A stretch of DNA of 64,000 bases from Verrucomicrobiota bacterium (GTDB lineage Bacteria; Verrucomicrobiota; Verrucomicrobiia; Opitutales; Cerasicoccaceae), in the NCBI GenBank assembly GCA_039818205.1, contig JBCBUK010000002.1:192001-256000 (forward strand), given 5' to 3'. The notes under the pieces are model-generated. The model was given only the letters and a program-made list of their open reading frames with translations, had not been told where the DNA came from and ran no database searches. Position numbers and translations under genes: made by a program. Of this stretch, positions 10,988-21,796 are shown one piece after another (the first letter of the stretch is position 1; each line of letters opens with the position of its first letter).

Positions 10988-11911
10988 ATGCAATCGACCC
11001 GAGAGATATTACGTAAGGTTCGCCAGATCGAGATACGAACCAACCGTCTCGTCACGGATGCGTTGACTGGTGCTTACCACAGTGTATTTAAAGGACAGGG
11101 GATGGACTTTGAGGAGGTTCGCGAGTATGCCCCTGGTGATGATGTTCGCGCGATCGATTGGAACGTGACGGCGAAGATGGACCGCCCGTTCATCAAGCAG
11201 TTTCGCGAAGAGCGCGAGCTTACGATTATGTTGATGGTGGATCTTTCGGCATCGGGAGATTTCGGTTCGGCATCGGAGTCGAAGCGTGAGCTGGCGGCGG
11301 AGATTGCGAGTGTGCTGGCCTTCTCGGCCACTAAGAACAACGACAAGGTTGGCTTGATGTTGTTTACGGACGAGATTGAGCAGTTTATCCCGCCACGAAA
11401 GGGGCGTCAGCATGTGCTGCGGGTGATTCGAGAGATATTGTTTCATCAACCGCGTCGGACCGGGACTGATGTCGTTAAGGCATTAGACACCGTCAACCGA
11501 ATGATGAAACGCAAGGCAATCGTCTTTTTGTTAACGGATTTCTTGCAGGGACCAGATGGTCGTTTGCCGGACCCCATTGAGAAAACAGGTGATGCTCTAT
11601 TCCGTGCACTTGCATTGACGAATCGTCGGCATGATTTGACCACAGTCCTTTTGTCGGATCCACGCGAGTTGACCTTGCCAGACATCGGGTTGATCACTTT
11701 GGAGGACGCCGAAACCGGACAACTGGTTGAGCTTGATACTTCGAGCTCGAAGGTGCGCCAACTGTATGCACGCAGCAACCGCGAGCGCTTATCTGGGTTG
11801 CACCGTGGGTTGCGCCAATCCGGCGTCGGGGCCCTGCCGGTCGCAACTGGCGAACCCTACGTTAATAACCTCCGTCGCTACTTCGAAAGTCGCGGCCAGC
11901 GAAGGCATTAA
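10988..11911 (+). CDS. DUF58 domain protein
   Basis: GQGMDFEEVREYAPGDDVRAIDWNVTA, FREEREL and DLSAS. Canonical MoxR partner. Confidence 0.92.
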   Translation: MQSTREILRKVRQIEIRTNRLVTDALTGAYHSVFKGQGMDFEEVREYAPGDDVRAIDWNVTAKMDRPFIKQFREERELTIMLMVDLSASGDFGSASESKRELAAEIASVLAFSATKNNDKVGLMLFTDEIEQFIPPRKGRQHVLRVIREILFHQPRRTGTDVVKALDTVNRMMKRKAIVFLLTDFLQGPDGRLPDPIEKTGDALFRALALTNRRHDLTTVLLSDPRELTLPDIGLITLEDAETGQLVELDTSSSKVRQLYARSNRERLSGLHRGLRQSGVGALPVATGEPYVNNLRRYFESRGQRRH

Positions 11912-11924
11912 CTTTGCACTGCAG

Positions 11925-12503
11925 ATGAACTTTTTGTCACAAAGTAAATATATCGCCTTTCTTGTCTTGGTGCCCGTGCTGGCTCAGGCAGAAGGTTTGA
12001 AGCCGATGCGAGGATTGCGTCCGACCTCGTTTTGGGAGGTGAACTGGGCTTGGTTACTGCCGGTTTTGGTGGCTCTCGGATTGGGTGCCATCGGAGCGGT
12101 CGTATGGTTTGTTAGCCGCAAGCCAGCGGTGCCGCCTTTGACGCCGGCTGAGGAGGCTCGGGTGCGCCTGGGAGATGCCGCGGACCTAGCGGATGGTCAG
12201 GACGACAAGGCCTTTTCAGTATCGGTGTCCGATGCATTGCGACAGTATTTGGAGAAACGGTTTGAGCTGCGTGCTCCGGAACAGACGACCGAAGAGTTTC
12301 TTCAATCGGCGAAAGCGAGTGATCGCTTGCCCGCGGAATCGTTGGATACATTGGGGAAATTTCTCGAGTTCTGTGATCTAGCGAAGTTTGCCCAGCATGC
12401 CTTCGGTAATGAGGAACGGCAGGAGTTGTTAAACACTGCCCGAAGCTTTGTCGACGAAGCCGAGCGCCCGAAAGTATTCATGAAGGAGGTGGCAACGGTA
12501 TGA
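11925..12503 (+). CDS. Bat-operon membrane protein (DUF4381-like)
   Basis: Signal/TM segments, then S.ALRQYLE.RF...A.EQTTEEFL and DLAKFA. Lies between DUF58 and batA. Confidence 0.75.
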   Translation: MNFLSQSKYIAFLVLVPVLAQAEGLKPMRGLRPTSFWEVNWAWLLPVLVALGLGAIGAVVWFVSRKPAVPPLTPAEEARVRLGDAADLADGQDDKAFSVSVSDALRQYLEKRFELRAPEQTTEEFLQSAKASDRLPAESLDTLGKFLEFCDLAKFAQHAFGNEERQELLNTARSFVDEAERPKVFMKEVATV

Positions 12504-13540
12504 GCGAGAGCTTTGAGTTTCATGATCCTTTTTGGCTGTGGTTCCTTTTGCTGCTACCATTCTTGGTATTCTTGAAGGGGAAAACCGGTCGGGTTGCGTC
12601 GCTCTTATTTTCATCAACTGCGATCGCCCGCGACGTTTCAAAGCAGGCCAAGAGCCGGGCTGGTGGAATCCTGTTTTTCCTGCGTCTGTTGGCGCTTGCC
12701 GCGTTGATCGTTGCACTCGCCCGTCCGCAGATTGGTAAAGGGCATTCGGAAGTTGAGGCAAGTGGTATTGATATCGTCCTTGCAGTCGACGTTTCCGGCT
12801 CGATGGCTGCGTTGGACTTCGCTACGGAGCGAGATCTTGCGACGCGGCTGGATATCGTTAAGCGCGTTGTGGGCGACTTTATTGAGGAGCGTCCGAATGA
12901 TCGGATTGGTCTGGTGGCCTTCGGGAAGCAACCGTTCTTGGTCAGCCCGCTCACTTTGAACCATGATTGGTTGCGGAAGAATCTGGAGCGGCTGGAGTTG
13001 GGGTTGATTGATGGCTCGAGAACTGCGATTGGTCCGGCCATTGGAATGAGTGCAAACCGCCTGCGGGACTTGCCGGCGAAGAGCCGAGTGGTTATCTTGC
13101 TCACTGATGGCGAGGACACCGTTGGGCAGTTGCCGCCGATTGCTGCCGCCGAAGCAGCAGAGAGTTTTGATGTGAAGATCTACACCATTGCCGCGGGTCG
13201 CACGGGCCGAGTCCTCGTGCCGAAAACCGATCGCCGTACGGGAGCTGTTCTTCGCGATCGCAATGGCAATGTTATGCGTTCGCACTACGAACAGAGCTAC
13301 GTTGATGAAGAAACGCTGCAGCAGATTGCTGAAATCACCGACGGAAAGTTTTATCGCGCAACAAGCACTGAAGAGCTCGAAGCCATTTATTCCGATATCG
13401 ATGAACTGGAGAAAACTGAGGTCAAGCTAAGGCACTATGCTGAGTATGAAGAGCTGTTCTTTTGGCCAGCGTTGTTTGGTCTGTTTTTGGTCACCTTGGA
13501 GCAGCTACTCGGAAACACCCGCTTTAAACGTTTACCATGA
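12500..13540 (+). CDS. batA: BatA-like vWA domain membrane protein
   Basis: F.DP.WL N-terminal anchor, ALARPQ, DVSGSM MIDAS, DRIGLVAF, LLTDG and C-terminal TM. Confidence 0.88.
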   Translation: MSESFEFHDPFWLWFLLLLPFLVFLKGKTGRVASLLFSSTAIARDVSKQAKSRAGGILFFLRLLALAALIVALARPQIGKGHSEVEASGIDIVLAVDVSGSMAALDFATERDLATRLDIVKRVVGDFIEERPNDRIGLVAFGKQPFLVSPLTLNHDWLRKNLERLELGLIDGSRTAIGPAIGMSANRLRDLPAKSRVVILLTDGEDTVGQLPPIAAAEAAESFDVKIYTIAAGRTGRVLVPKTDRRTGAVLRDRNGNVMRSHYEQSYVDEETLQQIAEITDGKFYRATSTEELEAIYSDIDELEKTEVKLRHYAEYEELFFWPALFGLFLVTLEQLLGNTRFKRLP

Positions 13541-16230
13541 ATTTTGAAGAAACTAGTTGGTTGCTTGTCATTCCCCTGGCTTTGGCGTTATTGGGCTGGC
13601 TATTCTATACCAACTCGCGGAGCCGCCGCGAGCTGGTGCGGAAGTTTGCTTCCGACCGTCTCGTTAAGCAGTTGCTCGCAAGCTACAGTCCGGCTCGCCG
13701 TAAGTTTAAGAATGGGCTGCTGATTGCTGCCGTGCTGCTGGTGCTTTTTGCCTTGGCTCGTCCGCAGTGGGGATTCAGCTGGCGTGAAACGAAGACGAAG
13801 GGCATCGATATCATGTTTGTTGTCGACGTCTCGCGTAGTATGCTGGCTCAGGACATTAAGCCCGATCGCTTGGAACGATCAAAGTTCGCGATTCTTGATT
13901 TTCTTGAGAAGCTGGAAGGGGACCGTGTTGGACTGGTGGCCTTTGCTGGGAATGCCTTTTTGCAGTGCCCGTTGACCTTGGACTACGACGCGTTTCGCCA
14001 GTCTTTGGAGGCGGTTGATACCAATGTGATTTCGCTCGGTGGAACCGATATCGCTCGAGCAATTACGGAGGCGGAGGCTGCATTTTCCGATGAAAACAAC
14101 CACAAGATTATGGTTCTGATCACCGACGGCGAAGACTTGGAAGAGGATGGAATCGCTCGGGCAAAAAAGGCCGCAGCCAATGGAGTGACGATCTACACGG
14201 TTGGTGTTGGAACCGCCGAGGGGGAGTTGATTCCAATGCGTGACAAGTTTGGCCGCCTTCAGTACCTTCGTGATGATAATGGCGAGTTCGTGAAGACGAA
14301 GCTCGACGCTGATACCTTGGCCGAGATTGCTCAGGTGACAGAGGGATTTTATACGCCGCTGGGCCCGACTGGATACGGACTCGAGGAGGTTTACGAAGCC
14401 GGGTTGGAAGCAGTTCCCGAGCAGGAGCTCGCCGCTAAGATGCAGAAGGTTTGGTTCGAGCGCTTCCAATGGCCGCTAGGCTTGGCAATCATTCTCCTGA
14501 TCTGGGAGCCGCTAATCGGAACTCGTCGAAGAGCTTTGCATCGCAGAGCAATGAGGGCTGGAGAACTGCCTCCACCCATACCAAAGCCAGTGAAGGCAGC
14601 AACCTGGTTGCTGTTAGGTGCGCTTTGTTGGGTTAGTGTTGGTGATTTGTCGGCTTCGGTTCGCCAAGGGGAACGATTGTTTCACCAAGGCGATTATGAT
14701 GGAGCCGCCGATGTTTTTCGTGAGGCGATTGAAGCCGATCCGCTCAATGCACGGGCCAGTTTCAATCTGGGCAACACGCTGCAAGTAATGGATGATTTTT
14801 CCGGTGCTCAGGAAGCTTATCTGCGAGCATTAGTAACAACCGATTTTGAACTGCAAGCGGATGCCTTTTACAATCTGGGATCGCTCCGCTATTTGCAGGG
14901 TGAAGAAAAGTTGGCAGACAATGATGTGCCTTCTCTCGTCAAGCAGAGCGATGAAGCAGTAGGTCGCAGCGATGATGTTTTGAGGGATGGTCGCAAAGAG
15001 GTTCGCGAAGTTTAATCAGCTAAGGTAGCCGAGGGAGCGTTTTCTCATTTGAGCGAACCTGATCAACGAGATCAGCAGAAGGCGATGGCGCGCGTTCAGA
15101 AGGTTCAGCAAGCGCTGCAGATGGCGGAGCAAGCAAAGTCTTTGACCGAAGAGGTGAAAGGAACGGGCGCTAGCACCCTTTCAGTTGGTAATCTAATTGA
15201 AGAAGCCTGGGCGCAATCGGCCCGTGATTTTCAAAGTTCGCTTGAATTGAATCCAATCGGTGATGACGCCGCCTATAATTTTAATTTTGTCAATGAACAG
15301 CTGGAGGCGTTGAAGCGGAACTTGCGGAAGCTGAAACAGGCGAACGAGCGACACGAGGAGAATATTCCGGCACTGGAAAAACTGATCGAGGAGTTGAAGG
15401 AACTGTTGGAACAAGATCAGCAGCAAAGCCAGCAAAACCAGGATCAGCAAAACCAGGATCAGCAACAGAACCAAGAACAACAGAGTCAGCAGAATCAGGA
15501 TCAGCAGCAGAGCCAAGATCAACAACAGAGCCAGCAGGATCAACAGCAACAAAGTCAGTCTTCGGATCAATCACAGCAACAAGATCAGCAAAACCAGCAA
15601 TCGCAGAATCAGGAGCAAGATCAGCAATCCGAAGGTTCTGAAGAACAGAATCAGGATGCGGATGAGCAGGAGGATTCTGAAGCTGGCCATGAAGAGCAAG
15701 AATCCGGGGAGTCCGAAAATCAAGAATCTGCTTCTGGTGAAGAGAGTGACCCCGAGCGTCAAGAGGGCGCATCGGATGGCGACGAGACTCAGGATGGTTC
15801 CGAGCAAGAGGGTGATGAATCGTCCAGTGACGACCGCGAAGGAGATTCTGATGAACAGAATGAAGGTCGGTTCAGCGAGGAACAGATCGACGATATGGTC
15901 GATTCGATGGAGGAGCAAGCCGAGTCGAGCGATGAAACTGCTTCAGGCGGTCAAGATAAGAGCCAGCAGAAGCAGGAACCAATGACTTTATCGGAAGAGG
16001 AAGCCGAGCAGGCTAAGAAAGAGATGGCCGCGAGCGTCGCTCAAGGCGGGGAAGCTGGCGAAGGTCAGGAAGGTGAACCCGGTGAGGGTCCGGTATTAGG
16101 CATTATGTCTCGCGAAGACGCTCGCCGCTTGTTGGAGTCGTTGAAAGGATCCGAGCGGAAGTTGCCGGTATCCGGATATGGCCGTCGGGAGTCTAATCGC
16201 GATGATGATGGCAAACGAAAGGATTGGTAG
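13537..16230 (+). pseudogene. BatB(vWA)-BatC(TPR, Q-rich) fusion interrupted by one in-frame TAA at 15013-15015 (nonsense mutation or sequencing error)
   Basis: ORFs 13537-15015 and 15049-16230 share one frame, and the 33 nt between them read as sense codons (SAKVAEGAFSH). The upstream part has DVSRSM vWA, TMs and TPRs. The downstream part continues the TPR (SLELNP..DDAAYN) and has the Q/E-rich tract and the BatC-type end MSREDARRLL...KDW. Confidence 0.7.
15412..15640 (+). repeat. Low-complexity Gln-rich coding tract (QQNQDQQ-like units)
   Basis: Degenerate CAG/CAA/GAT/AAC repeats. Boundaries are approximate. Confidence 0.7.
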
Positions 16231-16232
16231 TC

Positions 16233-18053
16233 ATGAAAGTCAGACAGTTTTCATTAGTGTTATTCGTTCTGTTGTCGGTTGGCGGCCTTGGCGCACAAGT
16301 CTCATCGAGCTCAAGTCCGGTCACCGCCCAAGCGCGCTTTGCTCCAAGTATTGTCAGGGCGGGCGAAGCAGCTCAGTTCGAACTCAGGCTGAGTAGCTCA
16401 AGCATCAGTCCTGCGTTAAGGGAACTCGAGTTGCCTGAGGTTCCGGGCTTAGAAATGCAGTATCGCCAAAATAGCTCCGGATCCGAGAACTACATGGGTC
16501 CACAAGGATTCAGGCAGATTGTTCACCGGTCCTATATCTTTCGGGTCGTTGCGGCTGAGCCCGGCGATTATACGCTGCCTGCATTCGAAGTCTATATTGG
16601 CGATATAACGGTCCAGGTGCCGGAGTCCTCTTTACGGGTATTGGAAGCCGCGGCTCCAACGACTCAGGGTGACTTGATTTTCGCTAAGCTGGAGTTTCCT
16701 CGAGAGCAGCATTACGTCGGAGAGGCGGTCCCGGCGAAGCTCAAATTAATTTATGATCCCGATCGCATTAAGGAGGTGCGTGCGGGAAGTAGCCGGCCGA
16801 TCCATGTTAAGGAGGGAGATGCGTTTACCGTGGGTGATTTCGTCAATGAGAAGATCGAGGCTACCGAGCACGAAGGGCAGATCATGAACCAGCTTAGCTG
16901 GGACGTTCTTGTAACTCCTCTCAAGACTGGTCCACAGCCATTGGTCGTTCAATTGGATTTAGTGGTGGCAACGAAATCCGCGCAGGGCTCGGCTAGAAAC
17001 GATCGGTTCATGCCCATGTTTGGAGGATCGCTTTTCGGTCCGAGGTATAATCGCGAGCGGGTCAGTATCTACACCGATGATGAGCTCGATGTTGCCCCAC
17101 TGCCTACCGAAAATAAACCCGACGACTTTGCCGGCGGCATTGGCATGTTCACGGTGGGCGCGCCTGTGCTATCCGACTCCGAAACCATGGCCGGTGAGCC
17201 GATCACCATGACTTTGGTAATCCGAGGGCAGGGCAATTTTGATCGGATGGAAGCTCCGGTCCTTGCCATGAGTGATGATTGGCGAGACTATCCGCCTGAG
17301 TCGTCCTTCCAACCGTCTGGCGAGCTTGGGTTTACCGGAGTGAAAACCTTCGAGTACACACTGATCCCTCGAACTCCGGGCGAGTTTGAAACGCCTGAGG
17401 TGCAGTTCAATTTCTTCGATCCTGAGTCAGCCCAGTACGTTGAGCTCCCGATCGCGGGTAAGTCGGTCACGATTATTCCAAACCCGGATGCGAAACGGCC
17501 GATTGCATCGAACCGCAATCGCTTAAGTGCGCGGGGCGGTCCAGAGCTGTTGCCAATTGCCGTAAGCACGGGCTCGTTCGTTCAAGCCATTCGTCCGGTG
17601 GTTACTCATCCGGCTTTTCTCGGAGCCCAGATCATCCCGGCGTTGCTGCTCGGGTATGTTGTGTTGCGGCGGCGCAAGGAGATTCGTTTGGAGACGGATG
17701 CCGTCTACGCGCGGCGACTTAAGTCCGACCGTGCGATGGCTGCAGCAATTGAGTCTGCCCAGAATGCGGCCGAGAAAAAAGATATCCAAGCTCTATACTC
17801 TGCAGCGCAAAGCGGAATTCAGGCGGCCGCCGGCCGCCATGTGGAAGCCGCTCCGGAATCCATGACCGAATCGGAGGTCGATGCTATCGCTGAATCGCGC
17901 GGTTTGACCGACGAGCAGCGACAAACGCTCCGGTCCTTTTTCGAAGCCTCAGATGCCATTCGCTTTGGCGGGATTGGCGGCAGCACAATCAATTTTACCG
18001 ATGAGCTCCGCAGGCTCGAGGCAATCATCAAGCAACTAGGAGGGGACGAATGA
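16233..18053 (+). CDS. batD: BatD-like protein
   Basis: Signal peptide, beta-rich modules (PG.YTLPAF, YVGE, GGIG.F, GEP..MTL.IRG.GN, F.FFDP) and a C-terminal TM. Operon position fits. Confidence 0.8.
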   Translation: MKVRQFSLVLFVLLSVGGLGAQVSSSSSPVTAQARFAPSIVRAGEAAQFELRLSSSSISPALRELELPEVPGLEMQYRQNSSGSENYMGPQGFRQIVHRSYIFRVVAAEPGDYTLPAFEVYIGDITVQVPESSLRVLEAAAPTTQGDLIFAKLEFPREQHYVGEAVPAKLKLIYDPDRIKEVRAGSSRPIHVKEGDAFTVGDFVNEKIEATEHEGQIMNQLSWDVLVTPLKTGPQPLVVQLDLVVATKSAQGSARNDRFMPMFGGSLFGPRYNRERVSIYTDDELDVAPLPTENKPDDFAGGIGMFTVGAPVLSDSETMAGEPITMTLVIRGQGNFDRMEAPVLAMSDDWRDYPPESSFQPSGELGFTGVKTFEYTLIPRTPGEFETPEVQFNFFDPESAQYVELPIAGKSVTIIPNPDAKRPIASNRNRLSARGGPELLPIAVSTGSFVQAIRPVVTHPAFLGAQIIPALLLGYVVLRRRKEIRLETDAVYARRLKSDRAMAAAIESAQNAAEKKDIQALYSAAQSGIQAAAGRHVEAAPESMTESEVDAIAESRGLTDEQRQTLRSFFEASDAIRFGGIGGSTINFTDELRRLEAIIKQLGGDE

Positions 18054-18784
18054 AAACCTTATTGAGCATCGGACTGTTTTTGATTTCAGCACTTGGGCTA
18101 TCCGCCGCTGTTTCAAATCCTCAATCTATCTTTGAGGAGGCCAACACGTTCTATGGCAATGGCGAGTATACGGAAGCCATTGAAGCCTACCAACAGCTGA
18201 TCCCCGAACATCAGTCGGCGAATATTCACTACAACATGGGCAACGCCTACTATCGGCTCGGTGAGTTTGGTCCGGCGATATTGCACTTTGAGAAGGCACT
18301 TGCGCTGGATCCGCGGAATCCCGATATCCGGGCCAATCTAGAATTAACGCAGGAGGCTGCGGAAGTGATTCCGACATCACATAGTTGGGCAAACGGTTTG
18401 TCTGATCGATTCTCGGCCAATACGTGGGCTTGGTTGGCAGTTACAAGCTTTTGGGCCTCGCTTGGGTTGATTATTCTGGCACCTCTTTACCGCTGGCGTG
18501 GACCGATGCGAGGCGGAGTCACTTCGCTCGCTCTCGTCGTGCTGGTCGTCAGCTGTATCGGCCTATATGGCTGGCACGTTCGGGCTGGATACGGCGTTGT
18601 TCTCTCGGATGATGCGCGCCTTTCGGTCGCTCCTACCTCTTCGAGTCCAGCTGCCGGAACCGTTAAGGCTGGTGAGATGGCGAAAATTACCCAAAGCCAT
18701 GGAGATTATTACCTCGTGCGGATCGGATCTGACAAGGTTGGCTGGTTGCCGAAGGCTCAGTTTTCGCCGGTGTGGGATTCCTGA
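18050..18784 (+). CDS. batE: BatE-like TPR + SH3 protein
   Basis: Signal peptide, TPRs (YNMGNAYYRLG..G.AILHFEKAL.LDP), two TMs and an SH3-like C-terminus (VGWLP). Confidence 0.82.
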   Translation: MKTLLSIGLFLISALGLSAAVSNPQSIFEEANTFYGNGEYTEAIEAYQQLIPEHQSANIHYNMGNAYYRLGEFGPAILHFEKALALDPRNPDIRANLELTQEAAEVIPTSHSWANGLSDRFSANTWAWLAVTSFWASLGLIILAPLYRWRGPMRGGVTSLALVVLVVSCIGLYGWHVRAGYGVVLSDDARLSVAPTSSSPAAGTVKAGEMAKITQSHGDYYLVRIGSDKVGWLPKAQFSPVWDS

Positions 18785-18800
18785 CCGGTTGTTGGGCAAA

Positions 18801-19727
18801 CTAGGGCCAAAGCCAGTAAAGATAGCCACCATAGATCGAGAACAAAACCAGCCCCTCAATTCTGGAGATGCTGCGGTCGGTAAAAGCGAGAGGAAGGAGA
18901 ATGATGCTGGAGCCCAGCATGAAGGCGCCATCAATAAAGCTGATCCCGGTCGTGTCGATTGGCCTGACTGCGGCCGTGCTGCCGAGAATGAGCAGAATAT
19001 TGAAAATGTTGGATCCGACTATGTTGCCGACGGCTATATCGGTCTGACGCTTCAGGGCGGCGACAATACTCGTTGCTAATTCGGGCAAGCTAGTGCCTGC
19101 CGCAATAATGGTTAGGCCGATTACGGCTTCGCTGATGCCCAATTTAGCCGCAATGCCTACGGCGCCCGCCACAAACATTTCGGCACCCCATACGAGGACC
19201 CCTAGGCCAGCGATCACGAACACAATATCTCTCCAGAGTGGCCCTTCGGGTTTGGGCGTTACGTCGAATAGTTTGGTATTTTCCTTGGATTCTTTGCGGG
19301 CTAGGCGGAGCGTAAAAATGATATAGCCTCCCAGGAGGAGAAGGAGTAGGAAACCGACCCATCGAGGAACTAGATCAAAGCCAATTAGCCCAAAGCCGAT
19401 CAGCGATATGCCGATCATTATAGGAATGTCGCGTTTTAGCAGATTCACGTGGATGCTGAGTGGGTGAATGATCGAAGAAAGTGCCAAGATCACCACGATA
19501 TTAAACACGTTGGAGCCGATGACGTTTCCGAACGACACAGCACCCATTCCCTGTAGTGACGCCGTTAAGCTAACGGTCAACTCCGGTGCGCTGGTGCCAA
19601 AGGCAACCACGGTCAATCCGACCACAAGTGGAGAAATCCCTGCACGGATCGATAGATTCGTGCTCCCACGAACGAGCGCCTCGGCTCCGAAATAAAGCAA
19701 CAGAATCCCAACTACAATTTGCAGCAT
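18801..19727 (-). CDS. Calcium/sodium antiporter (CaCA, YrbG-like)
   Basis: Two alpha-repeats, GTSAPEL...GNVIGSN and GTSLPEL...GNIVGSN. Confidence 0.93.
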   Translation of the reverse strand: MLQIVVGILLLYFGAEALVRGSTNLSIRAGISPLVVGLTVVAFGTSAPELTVSLTASLQGMGAVSFGNVIGSNVFNIVVILALSSIIHPLSIHVNLLKRDIPIMIGISLIGFGLIGFDLVPRWVGFLLLLLLGGYIIFTLRLARKESKENTKLFDVTPKPEGPLWRDIVFVIAGLGVLVWGAEMFVAGAVGIAAKLGISEAVIGLTIIAAGTSLPELATSIVAALKRQTDIAVGNIVGSNIFNILLILGSTAAVRPIDTTGISFIDGAFMLGSSIILLPLAFTDRSISRIEGLVLFSIYGGYLYWLWP

Positions 19728-19901
19728 CGGCGGCAAACTGGCAGATTGGGGAACTTATGTCCAGCCTAGCGATGATGTCGGTACGCCAGCTAGGAGTCGA
19801 TCAATGGCGTTCTTTGATTAAGTCGTAGAAAGGAATGGCCTTCGTTAGAGGTGGCCGGGGTAGTAGGGTTTTCGGAAATTAACCTAGTGAAAACGGTAGA
19901 C

Positions 19902-19933
19902 AAAAATACCCACCGAATTACTCGGTGGGTATT
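19902..19933 (-). terminator. Rho-independent terminator of the desaturase transcript
   Basis: Perfect 12-bp stem AATACCCACCGA/TCGGTGGGTATT with a T-run on the minus strand. Confidence 0.75.
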
Positions 19934-19954
19934 CCTCCGGAAATAAAAGTCTAC

Positions 19955-21091
19955 CTAGATGGCAATTGGCTGGACGCCTGGGAGCTTTTCAAGGTGTTCG
20001 AGGGTCGCTCGGACTTCGCGCCGCAACTCGTTTACCTTGCTCTTCGAAAACTCGACGCGATCACGAACGGACTTTTCCAACTGGTAATACTTCGTTGCGA
20101 AGTCCTCCTGAGCGTCGTGGAGGCGATCCAGGGTCAGTTGAATATTGTGGCTAAGCTGTTCGCGTAGAGCAGGTTGCAGCTTATACGGGGCAAGACCGTG
20201 CTCGATGCGGTTACGCGCTTCGGTAAGTTCAGCCAAAAGAATTTTTGCATCAGATACTTCGCGGAGATGAGACGTTAGGCCAATTTTGGACAGCACGTAG
20301 ATGGTCCATTTGGTTGGGTCAAACTGCCAAGGCTTCACGCCGTTGCGGTAGTCGTGCTGAAACTCGTGGTGGTAGTTGTGGTAGCCCTCACCGAAAGTGA
20401 AGAGTGCCATGAACCAGCTGTCGCGTGCGCTGTGCTTGGTCGAGTATGGCTGGTTACCGACATAGTGGCAGGCCGAGTTAATAAAGAACGTTGCGTGCTG
20501 AACGACAACGGTGCGCAGGACACCAGCGATCAAGAATGTCCCCAATGCACCGATCCAGGTACCGTAGTAAGCATATCCGATTGCGGTCGGCAGGACGAAA
20601 CCGACAACGAAAGCTATTAGGTGGATGTAATTATGCTGCCAGACAACCATCGGGTCCTTGCGGAGGTCATTGATATTGTCCTGCGGTGGCTCGGGTTTGA
20701 GCTTGAAAAGAAGCCATCCAACGTGGGCGTAAAAGAAACCCTTGTTGATATTATAGGGGTCATCGTCGTGGTCGACGTGCTTGTGGTGGCGGCGGTGGTC
20801 GCTGCACCAGTCCATAATTGAATTTTCCCAAGCCGCTGCACCAAAGAGCGTTACGAACAAGCGCACTGGCCATTTCGCCTTAAAGGACAGGTGGGAGAAC
20901 AGGCGGTGGTAGCCCATGGTGATGCTCAGGCCCGTCGCGCAACAGAAGAAGAGAAACATCGCTACCTGGAACCAATCGATGCCAAAAGTAATGATATACC
21001 AAGGAACGGCAGTTAATGAGGTAATGAGGGTACCGCTTAGAAAAAAGAAGGTGATCCACTCGACGCGGTCGAAAGGGATGTTTTTAAACAT
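19955..21091 (-). CDS. Delta-9-type fatty acyl desaturase with C-terminal coiled-coil extension
   Basis: His boxes GYHRLFSH, DHRRHHKH and GEGYHNYHH, plus DYRNG..WQFDPTKW. Confidence 0.92.
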   Translation of the reverse strand: MFKNIPFDRVEWITFFFLSGTLITSLTAVPWYIITFGIDWFQVAMFLFFCCATGLSITMGYHRLFSHLSFKAKWPVRLFVTLFGAAAWENSIMDWCSDHRRHHKHVDHDDDPYNINKGFFYAHVGWLLFKLKPEPPQDNINDLRKDPMVVWQHNYIHLIAFVVGFVLPTAIGYAYYGTWIGALGTFLIAGVLRTVVVQHATFFINSACHYVGNQPYSTKHSARDSWFMALFTFGEGYHNYHHEFQHDYRNGVKPWQFDPTKWTIYVLSKIGLTSHLREVSDAKILLAELTEARNRIEHGLAPYKLQPALREQLSHNIQLTLDRLHDAQEDFATKYYQLEKSVRDRVEFSKSKVNELRREVRATLEHLEKLPGVQPIAI

Positions 21092-21266
21092 GTATGAAAC
21101 TTCTGGTCGGGGGGCGCCTTGTTTTTCGATGCCGAATCGGAATCCTGACAAGGAGCGAGTTTTGGTTCAGTTGCATGGGTCGCTTATCCACACGAGGAGA
21201 AAACAATGCGGAATTTTTGTTCCAAGGCAATAGTGGATAGTAGGTTCAGTACTTTAATAAGCGTTG

Positions 21267-21776
21267 CTATAGTCGAAGCATTAATCGCTGATGCGGGAGG
21301 GCAACTCCGTCTCGGAGTAGATCCTTGGACTTACCCCGCTCGAGACTAAAACCATGACGACTGTAAAAGCGAACGGCTCGGCGGTTTTCTTTGAGCACCC
21401 AGAGCACTACGCTCTGAGCATCCGTTTCAATTATGGAATTCAATGAAGATTGCCAAAGCTCTGATCCATAACCATTTCCCCAATATTCCTGAAGCAAATA
21501 GATGCCATAGAGTTCGGCTACCTTGTTCGGATTCAAGTCCTCATCGCGAGCTTTGCCGAATGCGGACCAACCGATGATTCTGCTTTCTAATTCCAGAACC
21601 AGATTCTGCCGGCATTGGGATTCGAGGATGCGCTGCCACATCTCTTCTCGCTCACCAACATCTAAGTTGTCGAGTAACCGTTGTGGCATGATGCCGCGAT
21701 AGGCCGAGCGCCACGATTGGACGTGGATTTCAGCAATCGATCTCGCGTCTCGGATTTCTGGCGTGCGGACTTTCAC
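21267..21776 (-). CDS. GNAT family N-acetyltransferase
   Basis: IAEIHVQSWRSAY, ELYGIYL...WGNGYG and LWVL.EN.RA.RFY..HGF. Confidence 0.9.
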   Translation of the reverse strand: MKVRTPEIRDARSIAEIHVQSWRSAYRGIMPQRLLDNLDVGEREEMWQRILESQCRQNLVLELESRIIGWSAFGKARDEDLNPNKVAELYGIYLLQEYWGNGYGSELWQSSLNSIIETDAQSVVLWVLKENRRAVRFYSRHGFSLERGKSKDLLRDGVALPHQRLMLRL

Positions 21777-21796
21777 CCGAGCTCCCCCTGTATTTC

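Noticed and set aside
15013..15015. Stop-codon reassignment or selenocysteine/pyrrolysine readthrough at the bat in-frame stop
   Set aside because: The codon is TAA, not TGA or TAG, and TAA is used as a normal stop by many genes in this window.
15193..15918. Leu-rich, membrane-like ORFs on the - strand
   Set aside because: Antisense shadows of the Gln/Glu-rich BatC-like tract.
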